Notes: generated by a model from the letters alone, not told the origin. A stretch of DNA of 60,798 nt, filler included, from 8 parts of 8 records of this genome joined end to end with filler, not necessarily neighbours in it, one strand, 5' to 3'. Shown: positions 38,701-49,782, counted from the first letter of the whole stretch. Translations and numbers: made by a program.

Positions 38701-40500
38701 CTACCTCTGGAATACATAGGTTCCGGGCGCTTCTTCAAGCGCGGGATACCCCTTACGCGCCGCGCCCATTCGCGGCGGGCGGATCAAACCAGCCGAGGAA
38801 TGTTTCGCCAGCCAGGCGTTCCAGCCGGCCCACCAGGAGCCGGATTTCTCCGTCGCAGCCTCCAACCACTGGTCCGGGCTGAGGATCTGATCGCGGTGGC
38901 GGTGATGCGCGATGCGGTAATGACGGCCATTATGACCGGGCTCGCTGACGATGCCGGCATTGTGTCCGCCAGTGGCCAGGGCGAAGGTGATATCCGTGTC
39001 GGCCAGCTGGTGGATCTTGTAGACCGACCGCCATGGCGCGACGTGGTCGTGCTCAGTGCCGACGGCAAAAACTGGCACGCGAAGTCCTTGTAAGGTGACG
39101 GGCCGGCCATCGACCATGAAGCGTCCATTGGCGAGGTCGTTGTTGATGTAGAGCTTCTTCAGATATTCCGAATGCATCCGGTAGGGCATGCGCGTCGTAT
39201 CGGCGTTCCAGGCAATGAGGTCGAACATCTGCGCGCGGTCGCCCATCATGTATTCCTTCACCATACGCGACCAGAGCAGGTCGTTCGAGCGGAGCAGCTG
39301 GAAGGCGCCGGCCATTTCGTCTGCCGACAGGAAACCGCGGTTCCACATGATGCTTTCGAGGAAATGCATCTGGCTATGGTCAATGAAGAGGGCGAGTTCG
39401 CCGGGCTCGCTGAAATCGGTTTGCGCCGCCAGCAGCGAGACCGATGCGAGCCGGTCATCGCCGTCGCGCGCCATGGCGGAGGCTGCGATGGAAAGCAAAG
39501 TCCCGCCGAGGCAATAGCCGGTCGCGTGGACTTTCCGGTCCGGGCAGATCGCGTTGATCGCTTCCAGCGCGTCCATCACGCCCATGCGGCGATAGTCGTT
39601 CAGGGACAAGTCGCGATCATCGGCGGACGGGTTGCGCCACGAGATGGCAAAGACGGTGAAGCCCTGCTCGGTCAGGTATTTCACCATCGAGTTCTGCGGC
39701 GACAGGTCGAGAATATAATACTTCATGATCCAGGCCGGCACGACCAGGACCGGTTCGGCGTGAACCTCCTTGGTGGCGGGCGCGTACTGGATCAGTTCGA
39801 TCAGGTGATTGCGGAAAACGACCCGGCCGGGGGTGACGGCAACGTCTTCACCAGGAATGAAATCCTCGGTGCCGACCGGCGGTTTTTTCTGGATCTGGCG
39901 GCGCATGTCTTCGCGCCAGTTTTCGAAGCCTTTAATGAAGTTCTGCCCGCCGGTTTCGCGGGCCCGTTCCAGCACTTCCGGATTCGTGAAGGGGTTGTTC
40001 GACGGCGAATAGATATCCAGCAGCTGACGCGCAACGAAGGAGACAACTTCCTCATGATGCGGACTGACGCCGGGAACATCGTGCGTCAGGTTGTGCCACC
40101 ATTGCTGGGTCAGCAGGAAGGATTGCGACCAGATGCCGAAAGGCTGCTTGCGCCAGGCCGGGTCACGGAAGCGGTTGTCGCCGGGCAGGGGCTCGATACA
40201 CCAATCGGCTTCTTCCTGTCCCATTGCCGAGAGGAGGTAGGCCGAAAGACGGTTGCTTTTGCGGAAAGCCTTCTGGACCATTTCCAGCTGCTTGCCTGGC
40301 GCGGACTGAAGGTGAAGCGCCCAGTCCATGTAAGCGAGTGCGAGGGAGGCCGGGGATACGCCGCTGGAAAACCGGCTGATCAGTGTGTCCCGCATCCGAT
40401 CCATCGCTTCGAAAGCGGCTTGGCGTGTGGCATCGGGGTCGGCTGGTTTAGGCTGCAGGGCGCCATAAGCGCCTTGCTTGTTTTGTGGCGTTTTGGGCAT
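38701..40500 (-). CDS. phaC: Polyhydroxyalkanoate synthase (class I-like)
   Basis: D.RF..PAW, SPSN..TNP, VA.TPG.VV, PAWIMKYYILDL, GYCLGG, DHVAPW, GGHNAG (Cys-Asp-His triad). Confidence 0.92.
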   Translation of the reverse strand: MPKTPQNKQGAYGALQPKPADPDATRQAAFEAMDRMRDTLISRFSSGVSPASLALAYMDWALHLQSAPGKQLEMVQKAFRKSNRLSAYLLSAMGQEEADWCIEPLPGDNRFRDPAWRKQPFGIWSQSFLLTQQWWHNLTHDVPGVSPHHEEVVSFVARQLLDIYSPSNNPFTNPEVLERARETGGQNFIKGFENWREDMRRQIQKKPPVGTEDFIPGEDVAVTPGRVVFRNHLIELIQYAPATKEVHAEPVLVVPAWIMKYYILDLSPQNSMVKYLTEQGFTVFAISWRNPSADDRDLSLNDYRRMGVMDALEAINAICPDRKVHATGYCLGGTLLSIAASAMARDGDDRLASVSLLAAQTDFSEPGELALFIDHSQMHFLESIMWNRGFLSADEMAGAFQLLRSNDLLWSRMVKEYMMGDRAQMFDLIAWNADTTRMPYRMHSEYLKKLYINNDLANGRFMVDGRPVTLQGLRVPVFAVGTEHDHVAPWRSVYKIHQLADTDITFALATGGHNAGIVSEPGHNGRHYRIAHHRHRDQILSPDQWLEAATEKSGSWWAGWNAWLAKHSSAGLIRPPRMGAARKGYPALEEAPGTYVFQR

Positions 40501-40729
40501 CGGGCTTCTGCTCCGGGGCCATGCGGTGGCCGGTTCGACATGATCCTATCAGCGAAATGTGCGCTTTTGCTTAACCTGCCGAACGGAAATCCAACGGACT
40601 CAAGGTCCTGCGGCAGCGGGAGCGGCGTTTTCCGCATTGGATTGTGCGCCGCAGCATGCACCCAGTGGCCCGTCCGTCAATTCGGACAAGATGAAGCTTT
40701 CGTCACCAGCCGGGACGACGTCAGTGCGC

Positions 40730-40936
40730 CTAGTCTTCTTCCGGTGGCGGGGTGCCGCGGTTCATCCAGGCGAACAATGGTTTCAGCGGGAATATCCATG
40801 CGATACCGGCAACGACATAGAAAACCAGCTCCGCCCAGCGCGGCCACGTCGAGGTCATGCCGCCAATTGTGGCCGCCAAAACGATATAAACAAACAGGTA
40901 GACCAGCAGGATCAGGGCGGTGAGGGGCTTGCGCAT
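40730..40936 (-). CDS. Small two-TM membrane protein (DUF2842-like)
   Basis: MRK..A..LL..L.VY; W.EL.FY.VAG.AW..P; divergent from ctaA. Confidence 0.75.
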   Translation of the reverse strand: MRKPLTALILLVYLFVYIVLAATIGGMTSTWPRWAELVFYVVAGIAWIFPLKPLFAWMNRGTPPPEED

Positions 40937-41008
40937 GAATGCAGTCCTTTGTGCAGATGCGACCCCGCAGACCCTTGCCGCGCGGCGACCTCACGTCAAT
41001 TAAAGCGC

Positions 41009-42046
41009 ATGAGCGAAACCACAATCCCCCCCGCTGCTGCCATCTGGATCCGCCGCTGGCTGATTCTGGTCGGCCTGATGGTCTATGCGATGATCCTGAT
41101 CGGCGGGGCGACCCGCCTGACCGATTCCGGCCTGTCGATTACAGAATGGGACCCGATCAAGGGGGCGATTCCGCCTCTGTCCGGGGATGCGTGGAATGAA
41201 GCCTTCTCCAAGTACCAGAGCACGGCCGAGTACCGGTATATCAACCACGGCATGTCCATGTCGGAGTTCCAGCATATCTACTGGTGGGAGTGGGGGCACC
41301 GCTTCTTCGGCCGGATGATCGGCCTTGTCGCTGTGCTGGGCATCGCGGTGTTTGCCGTCCGGAAGTGGCTGACGCGGCCGCTCCTGTGGAAGCTGCTCGG
41401 GCTTGTGGCACTGGGCGGACTTCAGGGCGCGATCGGCTGGTGGATGGTGTCGAGCGGTATCGGGGAAACGACCCGGGTGGATGTCGCGCCTTACCGGCTG
41501 ATGACCCACTTCATCCTGGCGCTGTTGATCATTGCGATTGTTGCCTGGTTGTGGCTGGACCTCGCCAATCAGGCGCGCAGTCCGGCATCCCGCGCGGTGC
41601 GGGTCACGGCGAAACTGTTCCTGCTGGCGGTTTTTGTGCAAATGGCGGCCGGGGCGCTGGTCGCCGGACTGGACGCCGGGCGCAGCTATAATGACTGGCC
41701 GCTCATGGCGGGGGAACTGGTCCCTTCACATTACCTTGAAGGCGACCTCGGCATCCGCAGCCTGTTCGAGGGGCGCGCGGCAACGCAATTCAATCACCGC
41801 ATCATCGCCTATGCGATCTGGGCAGCCAGCCTTGCGGCGGCGTTTGCCTTCCGGAAGACCGCGTACGGGCGCAGCTTTATCGTCTTCGCCGGGTTGGTCA
41901 GCTTGCAGGCCGTGTGGGGAATCCTGACCCTGCTGCACGCGGCGCCCATGAACCTCGCCCTGCTGCATCAGGCGATCGGGGTTGTGGTGACGCTGGCGGC
42001 CGTCCGCCTTGCCTGGCTGACGGCGCGCCCGGAAGCGTCGGACTAG
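41009..42046 (+). CDS. ctaA: Heme A synthase (COX15/CtaA)
   Basis: GGATRLTDSGLSITEW.P, WEWGHR, QGAIGWWMV.SG, YRL..H, QFNHR, LHQ. Confidence 0.93.
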   Translation: MSETTIPPAAAIWIRRWLILVGLMVYAMILIGGATRLTDSGLSITEWDPIKGAIPPLSGDAWNEAFSKYQSTAEYRYINHGMSMSEFQHIYWWEWGHRFFGRMIGLVAVLGIAVFAVRKWLTRPLLWKLLGLVALGGLQGAIGWWMVSSGIGETTRVDVAPYRLMTHFILALLIIAIVAWLWLDLANQARSPASRAVRVTAKLFLLAVFVQMAAGALVAGLDAGRSYNDWPLMAGELVPSHYLEGDLGIRSLFEGRAATQFNHRIIAYAIWAASLAAAFAFRKTAYGRSFIVFAGLVSLQAVWGILTLLHAAPMNLALLHQAIGVVVTLAAVRLAWLTARPEASD

Positions 42047-43026
42047 TTCGACCCCGTTTGTGTATTCGGCAGGGTGATCGGGCTCGGATCGACGAACACG
42101 ACCTGGCTCTTGCCCGGCTCGATCTCTCCGGCCAGCGCGATCACGCCGCCCGGATACCCGCCGGACATCATCGTACCCATGGCGGCCATGGCGACCGGCT
42201 TCTCCGGTGCGAAGACGCTGAGGCCGTTGCGGATGTTCACGTCTGTCGTGGTCATGCCGAGGTCGGTGGACAGTTTCAGGCCCGAATCCGGCTCCAGAGA
42301 GAGCAGCGCAGAGACCTGTCCACGGATCAGCGGCGCTGCCGCCATGGCGCGGGGAGACGCGACCAGTGTGTCTTCCGTGTAGGCGCAAGACTGGATCGGG
42401 AAGTCAGTGAAGGTGGAATCGCCACGTTCCCAGGTCAGCTCGCCGCCGCTTTCCTTCACAATACCGGCCTGCAGGACGCGATTGTTGCCCAGCGTCCAGA
42501 AGGCGAGGCGCATGATGCCTTCGGTGCCAGCGGGCCCGGAACACAGACCGTCAATAAAGGTCTCTCCATCGACCGACAGGTCTACTTGTGCCGGAGCCAT
42601 CAGGCCGTCCCCGAACACATAGGCTTTGGCAGTGCCCTCACGGTCGATACCGGGGAAAACGGTTAATGTACTGCCGCCGATATTGGCGGATTGGCCGCCG
42701 GCCAGCGCTTTGACGCGAAAATTGGTCGGTTCGCCGAACCGCTCGGCTTCCATGTCGAAAAATTGCAGTCCGCCGGTCTCATAGGCGACGGCGAGAATCC
42801 CCCTTGAACCGCCGGAAAGGGCGATTGCGGAGACGGGTGATTCCAGTGTGCGGGTCGACCAGACAGCCGGAAGCTCCACATCTGCAGTGATTGCAGAGGA
42901 TTCCGGGGGGGATTCCGGCGCTTGTTCCGGCTTGCTGCAGGCCGCCGTGGCAAAAAGCAGGGCAAGTCCAAGCCCTGCGTTGACAACGGTGGATGTGGCG
43001 CTTAAACGCCAGCGCTTGAATTCCAT
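42043..43026 (-). CDS. Putative lipoprotein, beta-rich, unknown function
   Basis: Hydrophobic stretch ending TAA-C (lipobox-like), Pro-rich linker; start uncertain. Confidence 0.6.
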   Translation of the reverse strand: MEFKRWRLSATSTVVNAGLGLALLFATAACSKPEQAPESPPESSAITADVELPAVWSTRTLESPVSAIALSGGSRGILAVAYETGGLQFFDMEAERFGEPTNFRVKALAGGQSANIGGSTLTVFPGIDREGTAKAYVFGDGLMAPAQVDLSVDGETFIDGLCSGPAGTEGIMRLAFWTLGNNRVLQAGIVKESGGELTWERGDSTFTDFPIQSCAYTEDTLVASPRAMAAAPLIRGQVSALLSLEPDSGLKLSTDLGMTTTDVNIRNGLSVFAPEKPVAMAAMGTMMSGGYPGGVIALAGEIEPGKSQVVFVDPSPITLPNTQTGSN

Positions 43027-43064
43027 TCCATGAACTCCGAAAGCGAGAGGCTCTGAGTAGAGCG

Positions 43065-43529
43065 ATGAAAACCTATAACGCACCTGTGGACGTCGAGAAT
43101 AAGTGGGTCGTGATCGACGCGACTGATGTCGTTGTCGGACGTCTTGCTTCTTACGTCGCCAAGCGCCTGCGCGGCAAGCACCGCCCTGACTTTACTCCGC
43201 ACATCGATACCGGTGACCATGTCATCGTGATCAACGCGGAAAAGGCCAAGTTTACCGGCAACAAGCTGGCTGATAAGGTCTACTACCGCCACACCGGCCA
43301 CCCGGGCGGCATCAAGTCGACCACCGCCGGCAAGATCCTTTCCGGCCGCTTCCCGGAGCGCGCCATCGAACTGGCCGTCAAGCGCATGCTGCCGAAAGAG
43401 AGCACGCTGGCGCGCAAGCAGTTCTCGAAACTGCGCGTCTATGCTGGTGCTGAGCACCCGCACACGGCCCAGAGCCCCGAAACCGTCGACTTTGCGTCGA
43501 TGAACCGCAAAAACGTCAAAACGGCCTGA
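43065..43529 (+). CDS. rplM: 50S ribosomal protein L13
   Basis: W.VIDA....[33 protein letters not shown]. Confidence 0.98.
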   Translation: MKTYNAPVDVENKWVVIDATDVVVGRLASYVAKRLRGKHRPDFTPHIDTGDHVIVINAEKAKFTGNKLADKVYYRHTGHPGGIKSTTAGKILSGRFPERAIELAVKRMLPKESTLARKQFSKLRVYAGAEHPHTAQSPETVDFASMNRKNVKTA

Positions 43530-43534
43530 TCATT

Positions 43535-43705
43535 ATGACCGACACTGCAAACTCCCTCCAGGACCTCGGCACCATGACTGGTGACGAAACTGTCACTGCC
43601 GCTCCGGAGACCCTCGTTGAACCGAAAATCGACGCTCAGGGCCGTGCTTACGGCACCGGCCGCCGCAAGGAAGCCGTCGCCCGCGTCTGGATCAAGCCGG
43701 GTTCC
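43535..43705 (+). CDS. rpsI: 30S ribosomal protein S9 (3' truncated)
   Basis: [22 protein letters not shown]; follows rplM. Confidence 0.95.
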
Positions 43706-43805
43706 NNNNNNNNNNNNNNNNNNNNNNNNNNNNNNNNNNNNNNNNNNNNTTAATTAATTAANNNNNNNNNNNNNNNNNNNNNNNNNNNNNNNNNNNNNNN
43801 NNNNN

Positions 43806-43973
43806 GTGATTAATATTTACTCTAGGACATCCATGTGTACCCGCCATTGCCGGATTCAAATAGATAGGGTTCGCGTAAAACTGCGTGAACTCAGGGTCCT
43901 GTCCAAAAACAGAGCTACCTATTAAAAACGTCAGGACCATTGTCAATCCCGTATTTTTAAAATGCTTTTTCAT
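43806..43973 (-). CDS. T9SS PorP/SprF family membrane protein, N-terminal fragment
   Basis: Signal peptide then QDPEFTQFYANPIYLNPAMAG. Confidence 0.85.
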
Positions 43974-44113
43974 TCAATTTAATCTTGGTCGAAAGGATTT
44001 AACGGCTAATTCGTACAAAAGGTTACATTCGCCTAAATCTTTTCAAAGATTTGCAATAATAATTAAATTAGTTCGTTTTTGAAAGTATTTTTATACTCTT
44101 CTTTATATCTAAT

Positions 44114-47100
44114 ATGAAAATCCAAAATCTAAGTCTAAGAATTGTACTCTTATCAACAGTGTTTATGGGCCTTAACTCGGTATTTGGGCAGTCAAAAGAA
44201 TTTACTTTATCAAATACTTGGATTGCTGATGAGAATCGTTGCTCAAGCTGTGATTTTGACGAGTCTCAGCAAAGAATTTTTGATTCAAAAACATTTAACC
44301 TAAAATTAAGAGGTAAATATTCTCATTCTTTTGAAGTGTTGGAAGTGAATTATGAAGATATTAATTTACCCACTTTTTACGATAAAAACTCTTTGCCCAA
44401 CTCTCCTGAAGTAAAAGGGGATTTTGGAGTAGATAGAGGTGAGAATAAAGTGTCATTTTACTATTTCCCAATCATAAATATTAATGGGACAGTTAAATTG
44501 GTGAAAGAAGTAAAAATTAAAGTTGAATCCCAAGCGAGTAATCAATCTCAAGACAGAGCAGCCACTTTTGCTTCGAGTTCGGTGTTGGCATCCGGATCAT
44601 GGTATAAAATTGGTGTATCCTCTACAGGGGTGCATAAAATAGATCAAAACTTTTTATCCAACGCTGGAATTTCAACATCTGGCTTAAACCCAAACCATAT
44701 TAATATATATGGTAATCATACCCCAAACCTCCCCATTTCTAATAACGATTATCGCCATGACGATTTAATTAAGAATGCTATTCATATTGTCGGTGATGGT
44801 GATAATTCTTTTGATAGCAACGATTATATATTGTTTTATGCAACTGGTCCTGATGTTTTAAGCGTTAATTCAACGGATTTTGATTTGAGAAAAAATAACC
44901 TAGATTCGCTCAACTACTATTTTATACATATTGATGGTTCAGATAGCCCTAAGAGGATAGGTTCGATAGGTAATTCAGCTTCCGCTAGCACACACAACAC
45001 AACTACTTTTAATGAAGTAGTGCTGCATGAAAATAATGATGTTAATTTGATAAAATCAGGGAATAGTTGGTTGGGTGAGAATTTTGAAGTCGTTAATTCA
45101 GCTGATATCAGTATGTCATTGCCTAATATTAGCGGTAGTTCACCTGTTCAGATGGAAACAGTCTATGGAGCATACATGACCAGTGGCACGGGTAATTTAC
45201 AAGTGCTAGTAAATGGTGCTGTTAAAGACGATATTGCAGCTTCAATTACGGGTAGTTCTTACACCGAAGCACGGTTATTTACTTCTCAAGTTAATTTTTC
45301 ACATTCATCTTCTTCGTTCAATGTAACGGTGAATTGGAATGCTTCTAGCCCTTCTTCGGCGGCTTGGTTAGATTATATTTTAGTTAATTATAGAAGAACA
45401 GCAAACTTAAGTTCAGGGCAAAACCTAATTCGAGATTTAAGCAAGGTCGGGGTAGGAAATGTAGTGCAATATTCAGTCGCAGGTGCTTCGAGTAGTTCTT
45501 TTTTCTGGGAAGTGACTGACCCTACTGATGCAAAGACCGTTCAAGGAAGTTTAAGTGGATCCATATTTTCATTTACTCATGATGCAGATTCGTTGCGATC
45601 TTATATTGCTTTTAACTCAGGTCAGGCCAAGACACCGATTTATATGAGTTCAGTTGCGAACCAGAATTTACATGCTTTGGGTCAGATTGATTATATTATT
45701 GTGACACATAATACCCTGCTATCGCAAGCGGAAAGATTAGCTGATTTACATAGATCAAATGGAACAAGTGTCCAGGTTGTGGATATTCAAAAAGTTTATA
45801 ATGAATTTAGTAGCGGTGTTGCTGACCCAGTAGCTGTTAGGTGGTTTATGAAAATGTTTTATGACCGTGCGAGTGGAGATCCTGCGTTGATGCCAAAGTA
45901 TTTATGTTTGTTTGGAGATGGAAGTTACGATCCTTTAAATAGAATACCCGGAAACAATTACTTGGTTCCAACTTTTAATAATACTGATTTGGATTCGGAT
46001 ATAGATTATGTTGATTCTTATACTTCAGATGATTTTTTCGGTATTCTAGATGATACAGAGGCAATGTTACCAAGCGATATGATGGATGTTGCCGTTGGAA
46101 GAATTCCAGTTACAACACTAGAAGATGCAGAACATGTGGTGAATAAAATAGAACATTATATGCGTTTTGGTTCTAGTTTATATGGTAATGCTTCGGGTGT
46201 GCAATGTGATGATAACGGTTACGCATCAACATTTGGAGATTGGAGAAACAGGCTCGTTTTGGTGGCTGATGATGAAAACGGCGGTCAATTCGTCAGAGAC
46301 TGCGAAGAAATGAGTGATTCTACAGAAAAACTTTATCCAGAAATAAATGTTGAGAAAATCTATCTTGACGCTTACCAACAGATCATTACTTCTGGTGGTC
46401 AGAGATATCCGGATGTTGAAGAAGCAATAAGTCAAAATATTGCGAAAGGCGCTTTAGTGTTTAATTATGTTGGTCATGGGGGAGAAACTGGACTGACTTT
46501 AGAGAGAGTGCTAACTTACGCAACGATTGAAGACTGGAAAAACATTAATAAATTAACCCTGTTTGTTTCGGCAACTTGCGAGTTTAGTCGATTTGATGAT
46601 CCTGAAAGAGTATCGGCCGGAGAACGAGTTTTAACGTTACCATTTGGAGGGGCTGTCGGATTGTTAACAACTACACGCTTGGTGTATATCTCATTGAATA
46701 CAGAGTTGGTTCGTAATTTATATACTGTACTCTTTATTGAGGAGAATGGTGAACCTTTACCGCTAGGTGAAATTATTAGAAGAACAAAGAACTTAACTTC
46801 TGCAACGGATAATAAAAGAAATTTTACCTTAATAGGTGACCCTGCATTAAGACTAGGCAAGCCAAAACCACTTATAATTACAGACAGCATTAATGGTGTG
46901 AATGTGTCTTTGGTATCAGATACATTAAAGGCACTAACTAAGGTGACGGTTTCAGGTCACGTTGGTAACGCCTCGGGTGGAGTGTTAACTTCTTACAATG
47001 GAATAGTTTATCCAACAGTGTTTGATAAATGGAAGCAAAGAAGTACACTTGGACAAGACCCGGCTTCACCGGTATTAGGATTTGATACACAAAACAATAT

Positions 47101-47944
47101 CATTTATAAAGGTAAGGCAACAGTTAAGAACGGGTATTTCTCATTCTCATTTGTTGTGCCAAAAGATATTGACTATGCCTATGGAAAGGGAAAGATTTCG
47201 TACTACTCGAATAATACGAATAGCAATTCGTATGGATATGACACAAGCATAGTTGTTGGTGGAGTTGATCCTAACGGAATTGTAGACGATATCGGGCCCA
47301 CGGTAGATTTGTATATGAATGATCAAAATTTTGCAAACGGTGGATTAACGGATGAATCGCCATTATTTTTGGCAGAAATTGCAGATGAAAACGGAATCAA
47401 CACCACTGGAAATGGGATTGGACATGACATTATTTTAATTTTAGATAATAAAACTGCCGAACCAATTATCCTCAATAACTTTTATGAGGCCGATTTAGAT
47501 ACGTATCAGAGTGGAAAAGTGTCTTATCAATTCAATCAATTAGAGCCAGGTAATCATACCATTACATTTAAAGTTTGGGATGTAAACAATAATTCTTCCG
47601 AGAGTACGCTTGAATTTGTTGTGGTTGAAGATCAAGAATTGGGGATTTCTCATCTATTGAATTACCCGAATCCATTTACAACCAATACTGACTTTTACTT
47701 CGAACACAATCAAGTTTGCCATGCTTTAGATGTGAAAATCGAGATTTTTACAGTTTCTGGAAAATTGGTAAAAACGATTATTCAGAACGTAAATACGAGT
47801 GCTTTCAGAAGTGAAGGAATAAATTGGGATGGAAGAGATGATTATGGAGACAGACTAGGACGAGGCGTTTATGTATATCGATTATCAATCGAAACGGATG
47901 AAGGTAAAAAAGCAGAAAAACTTGAAAAATTAGTGATTTTATAA
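44114..47944 (+). CDS. porU: Type IX secretion sortase (peptidase C25)
   Basis: SVL.SG.WYK, YL.LFGDGSYD, SDDFFG, VGRIP, YVGHGG and ATCEF (His/Cys dyad), C-terminal NYPNPF CTD. Confidence 0.94.
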   Translation: MKIQNLSLRIVLLSTVFMGLNSVFGQSKEFTLSNTWIADENRCSSCDFDESQQRIFDSKTFNLKLRGKYSHSFEVLEVNYEDINLPTFYDKNSLPNSPEVKGDFGVDRGENKVSFYYFPIININGTVKLVKEVKIKVESQASNQSQDRAATFASSSVLASGSWYKIGVSSTGVHKIDQNFLSNAGISTSGLNPNHINIYGNHTPNLPISNNDYRHDDLIKNAIHIVGDGDNSFDSNDYILFYATGPDVLSVNSTDFDLRKNNLDSLNYYFIHIDGSDSPKRIGSIGNSASASTHNTTTFNEVVLHENNDVNLIKSGNSWLGENFEVVNSADISMSLPNISGSSPVQMETVYGAYMTSGTGNLQVLVNGAVKDDIAASITGSSYTEARLFTSQVNFSHSSSSFNVTVNWNASSPSSAAWLDYILVNYRRTANLSSGQNLIRDLSKVGVGNVVQYSVAGASSSSFFWEVTDPTDAKTVQGSLSGSIFSFTHDADSLRSYIAFNSGQAKTPIYMSSVANQNLHALGQIDYIIVTHNTLLSQAERLADLHRSNGTSVQVVDIQKVYNEFSSGVADPVAVRWFMKMFYDRASGDPALMPKYLCLFGDGSYDPLNRIPGNNYLVPTFNNTDLDSDIDYVDSYTSDDFFGILDDTEAMLPSDMMDVAVGRIPVTTLEDAEHVVNKIEHYMRFGSSLYGNASGVQCDDNGYASTFGDWRNRLVLVADDENGGQFVRDCEEMSDSTEKLYPEINVEKIYLDAYQQIITSGGQRYPDVEEAISQNIAKGALVFNYVGHGGETGLTLERVLTYATIEDWKNINKLTLFVSATCEFSRFDDPERVSAGERVLTLPFGGAVGLLTTTRLVYISLNTELVRNLYTVLFIEENGEPLPLGEIIRRTKNLTSATDNKRNFTLIGDPALRLGKPKPLIITDSINGVNVSLVSDTLKALTKVTVSGHVGNASGGVLTSYNGIVYPTVFDKWKQRSTLGQDPASPVLGFDTQNNIIYKGKATVKNGYFSFSFVVPKDIDYAYGKGKISYYSNNTNSNSYGYDTSIVVGGVDPNGIVDDIGPTVDLYMNDQNFANGGLTDESPLFLAEIADENGINTTGNGIGHDIILILDNKTAEPIILNNFYEADLDTYQSGKVSYQFNQLEPGNHTITFKVWDVNNNSSESTLEFVVVEDQELGISHLLNYPNPFTTNTDFYFEHNQVCHALDVKIEIFTVSGKLVKTIIQNVNTSAFRSEGINWDGRDDYGDRLGRGVYVYRLSIETDEGKKAEKLEKLVIL

Positions 47945-47974
47945 GCACAGCACAATATACTTTTCTTTAATACG

Positions 47975-47982
47975 TATATTTG
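47975..47982 (+). promoter_or_regulatory. Bacteroidota -7 promoter element upstream of porV
   Basis: TATATTTG matches TANNTTTG. Confidence 0.55.
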
Positions 47983-48004
47983 TGATACCGAATAGGTGAA
48001 CCAA

Positions 48005-49246
48005 ATGAACAAAGTACTTTTAATAATAGCAAGCGCACTAATCGCAACTCAGGGTTTTTCTCAAAATCTTGGGGGGAATGAAACTGAGAATGGTAAACAT
48101 CTTCAGTTAAATACAATAACCACAGCGGTTCCTTTTTTAATAATTACCCCTGATTCTAGATCTGGGGCCTTAGGTGATGTTGGTGCGGCACTTTCCCCAG
48201 ACGCCAATTCTTTCCATTGGAATACTTCAAAACTTGTTTTTTCAAAGGATAAGGCTGAGTTTTCTGCATCCTATTCACCATGGTTGAGACAACTAGTAGA
48301 TGATATTCACTTGTCTTATATCAGTGGTTATACTAAAATAGGAAAGAATCACGCAATTGGTGGATCAATGAGGTATTTCTCATTAGGAAACATAACTTTT
48401 ACTAATAACACCGGTGGATTAATCAGAGAATTTAATCCTAATGAATTTGAAATTTTAGGAGGATACGCTTTTAAATTGTCTGACAGAAGTGCAGTCGGAT
48501 TGAATGCCAAGTTTGTTTATTCGAACTTAACGGGTGGAACCAATGTTGGAAACGTAGGTTCAAAAGCAGGAATCGCTGGGGCGGTTGACCTTTCTTATTC
48601 ATGGTTTAATGATGAAGTTTCTCTTGGTAAAAAAGACGGAACTTGGTCAATGGCCGCAACAATATCGAATATTGGTAACAAAGTAGCTTATACAGTTGAT
48701 GCGGAGAGAGATTTCTTGCCAACGAATTTAAGGTTGGGGACAGCGTTCAAATTGGAATTGGATAAATACAATTCATTAACGGCTGCTTTTGATGTAAACA
48801 AATTACTAGTGCCAACACGACCTGTTTATGATGGTGATGGTGAAATCATTTCGGGTAAAGATCCTGAAGTCGGAGTTGTTACAGGTATGTTACAATCATT
48901 CTATGATGCACCTGGTGATGTAAGTATTGATCAAGCTGGTGTTGCAACAGTAAAAAAGAACAGCCGTTTCGGAGAGGAAATGAGAGAGATAAACTGGGGC
49001 TTAGGAATGGAGTATTGGTACAGTACAATTCTTGCAGTAAGAGCAGGTTATTTCAATGAGCATTATTCTAAAGGAAATAGAAGGTATTTAACTTTCGGTG
49101 CCGGTATATATTTCGGAGTATTTGGTTTAGATGTATCTTATCTGGCATCTGTTACTGTTAATAATCCGCTAGCAAATACAGTGAGATTTTCACTTAAATT
49201 TAAGTTTGGAAATCAAAAAGTAAGCGAAGCAAGTCTTGAAGACTAA
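48005..49246 (+). CDS. porV: T9SS outer-membrane shuttle protein
   Basis: ITTAVPFL.I.PDSR.GA.GD.G.A, SYSPWL, RYFSLG, RAGYF.E...KG.R.Y; lies between porU and ispF. Confidence 0.93.
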   Translation: MNKVLLIIASALIATQGFSQNLGGNETENGKHLQLNTITTAVPFLIITPDSRSGALGDVGAALSPDANSFHWNTSKLVFSKDKAEFSASYSPWLRQLVDDIHLSYISGYTKIGKNHAIGGSMRYFSLGNITFTNNTGGLIREFNPNEFEILGGYAFKLSDRSAVGLNAKFVYSNLTGGTNVGNVGSKAGIAGAVDLSYSWFNDEVSLGKKDGTWSMAATISNIGNKVAYTVDAERDFLPTNLRLGTAFKLELDKYNSLTAAFDVNKLLVPTRPVYDGDGEIISGKDPEVGVVTGMLQSFYDAPGDVSIDQAGVATVKKNSRFGEEMREINWGLGMEYWYSTILAVRAGYFNEHYSKGNRRYLTFGAGIYFGVFGLDVSYLASVTVNNPLANTVRFSLKFKFGNQKVSEASLED

Positions 49247-49730
49247 TCATCCAATTTTTAGAACAGGTTTTGGAGTTGACGTCCATCAATTAGTTGACGG
49301 ACGAAAACTAATCATTGGAGGAATTCATATTGATTCCTCGAAAGGTGCATTAGGTCATTCTGATGCTGATGTATTAATTCATGCTATATGTGATGCCCTG
49401 CTCGGCGCAGCAAATCTTCGAGATATAGGATTTCATTTTTCAGATCAAGACCCCGAGTTTAAAAATATTGATAGTTCAATCCTATTAACAAGGACAATGC
49501 AGCTGGTTCAGGACAAAGGTTATTGTTTTGGGAATTTAGATGCAACAGTAATGTTAGAGTCTCCAAAATTGAATCCTCATATTCCTAAAATGCAACAGAA
49601 ATTAGCGGATACAATCGGGACTGACAAAGATAACGTCTCTTTAAAGGCAACTACCTCTGAAAAAATGGGCTTTGTTGGTGAAGGAGATGGAGTTAAAGCT
49701 TATTGTACAGTTCTGATTTATAAAAGTTAA
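49236..49730 (+). CDS. ispF: 2-C-methyl-D-erythritol 2,4-cyclodiphosphate synthase
   Basis: G.G.DVH, GHSDADV..HA..DALLGA, KATT.E..GF.G.G.G. Confidence 0.96.
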   Translation: MKTNHPIFRTGFGVDVHQLVDGRKLIIGGIHIDSSKGALGHSDADVLIHAICDALLGAANLRDIGFHFSDQDPEFKNIDSSILLTRTMQLVQDKGYCFGNLDATVMLESPKLNPHIPKMQQKLADTIGTDKDNVSLKATTSEKMGFVGEGDGVKAYCTVLIYKS

Positions 49731-49782
49731 TCTTTTTATTATTCGTTAACTCCTCTTTCAATAGCTATCGCTATTTTTAGGT

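Noticed and set aside
40540..40552. Possible FNR/FixK box upstream of phaC (ATGAT-cct-ATCAG)
   Set aside because: The spacer is 3 nt rather than 4 and both half-sites mismatch
37714..40923. Long plus-strand ORFs (459 aa and 583 aa) opposite pta and phaC
   Set aside because: Antisense shadow ORFs typical of high-GC coding DNA, with no recognisable motifs
40559..41008. 150-aa N-terminal extension on ctaA
   Set aside because: It overlaps the DUF2842-like gene on the other strand; homology starts at MSETT (41009)
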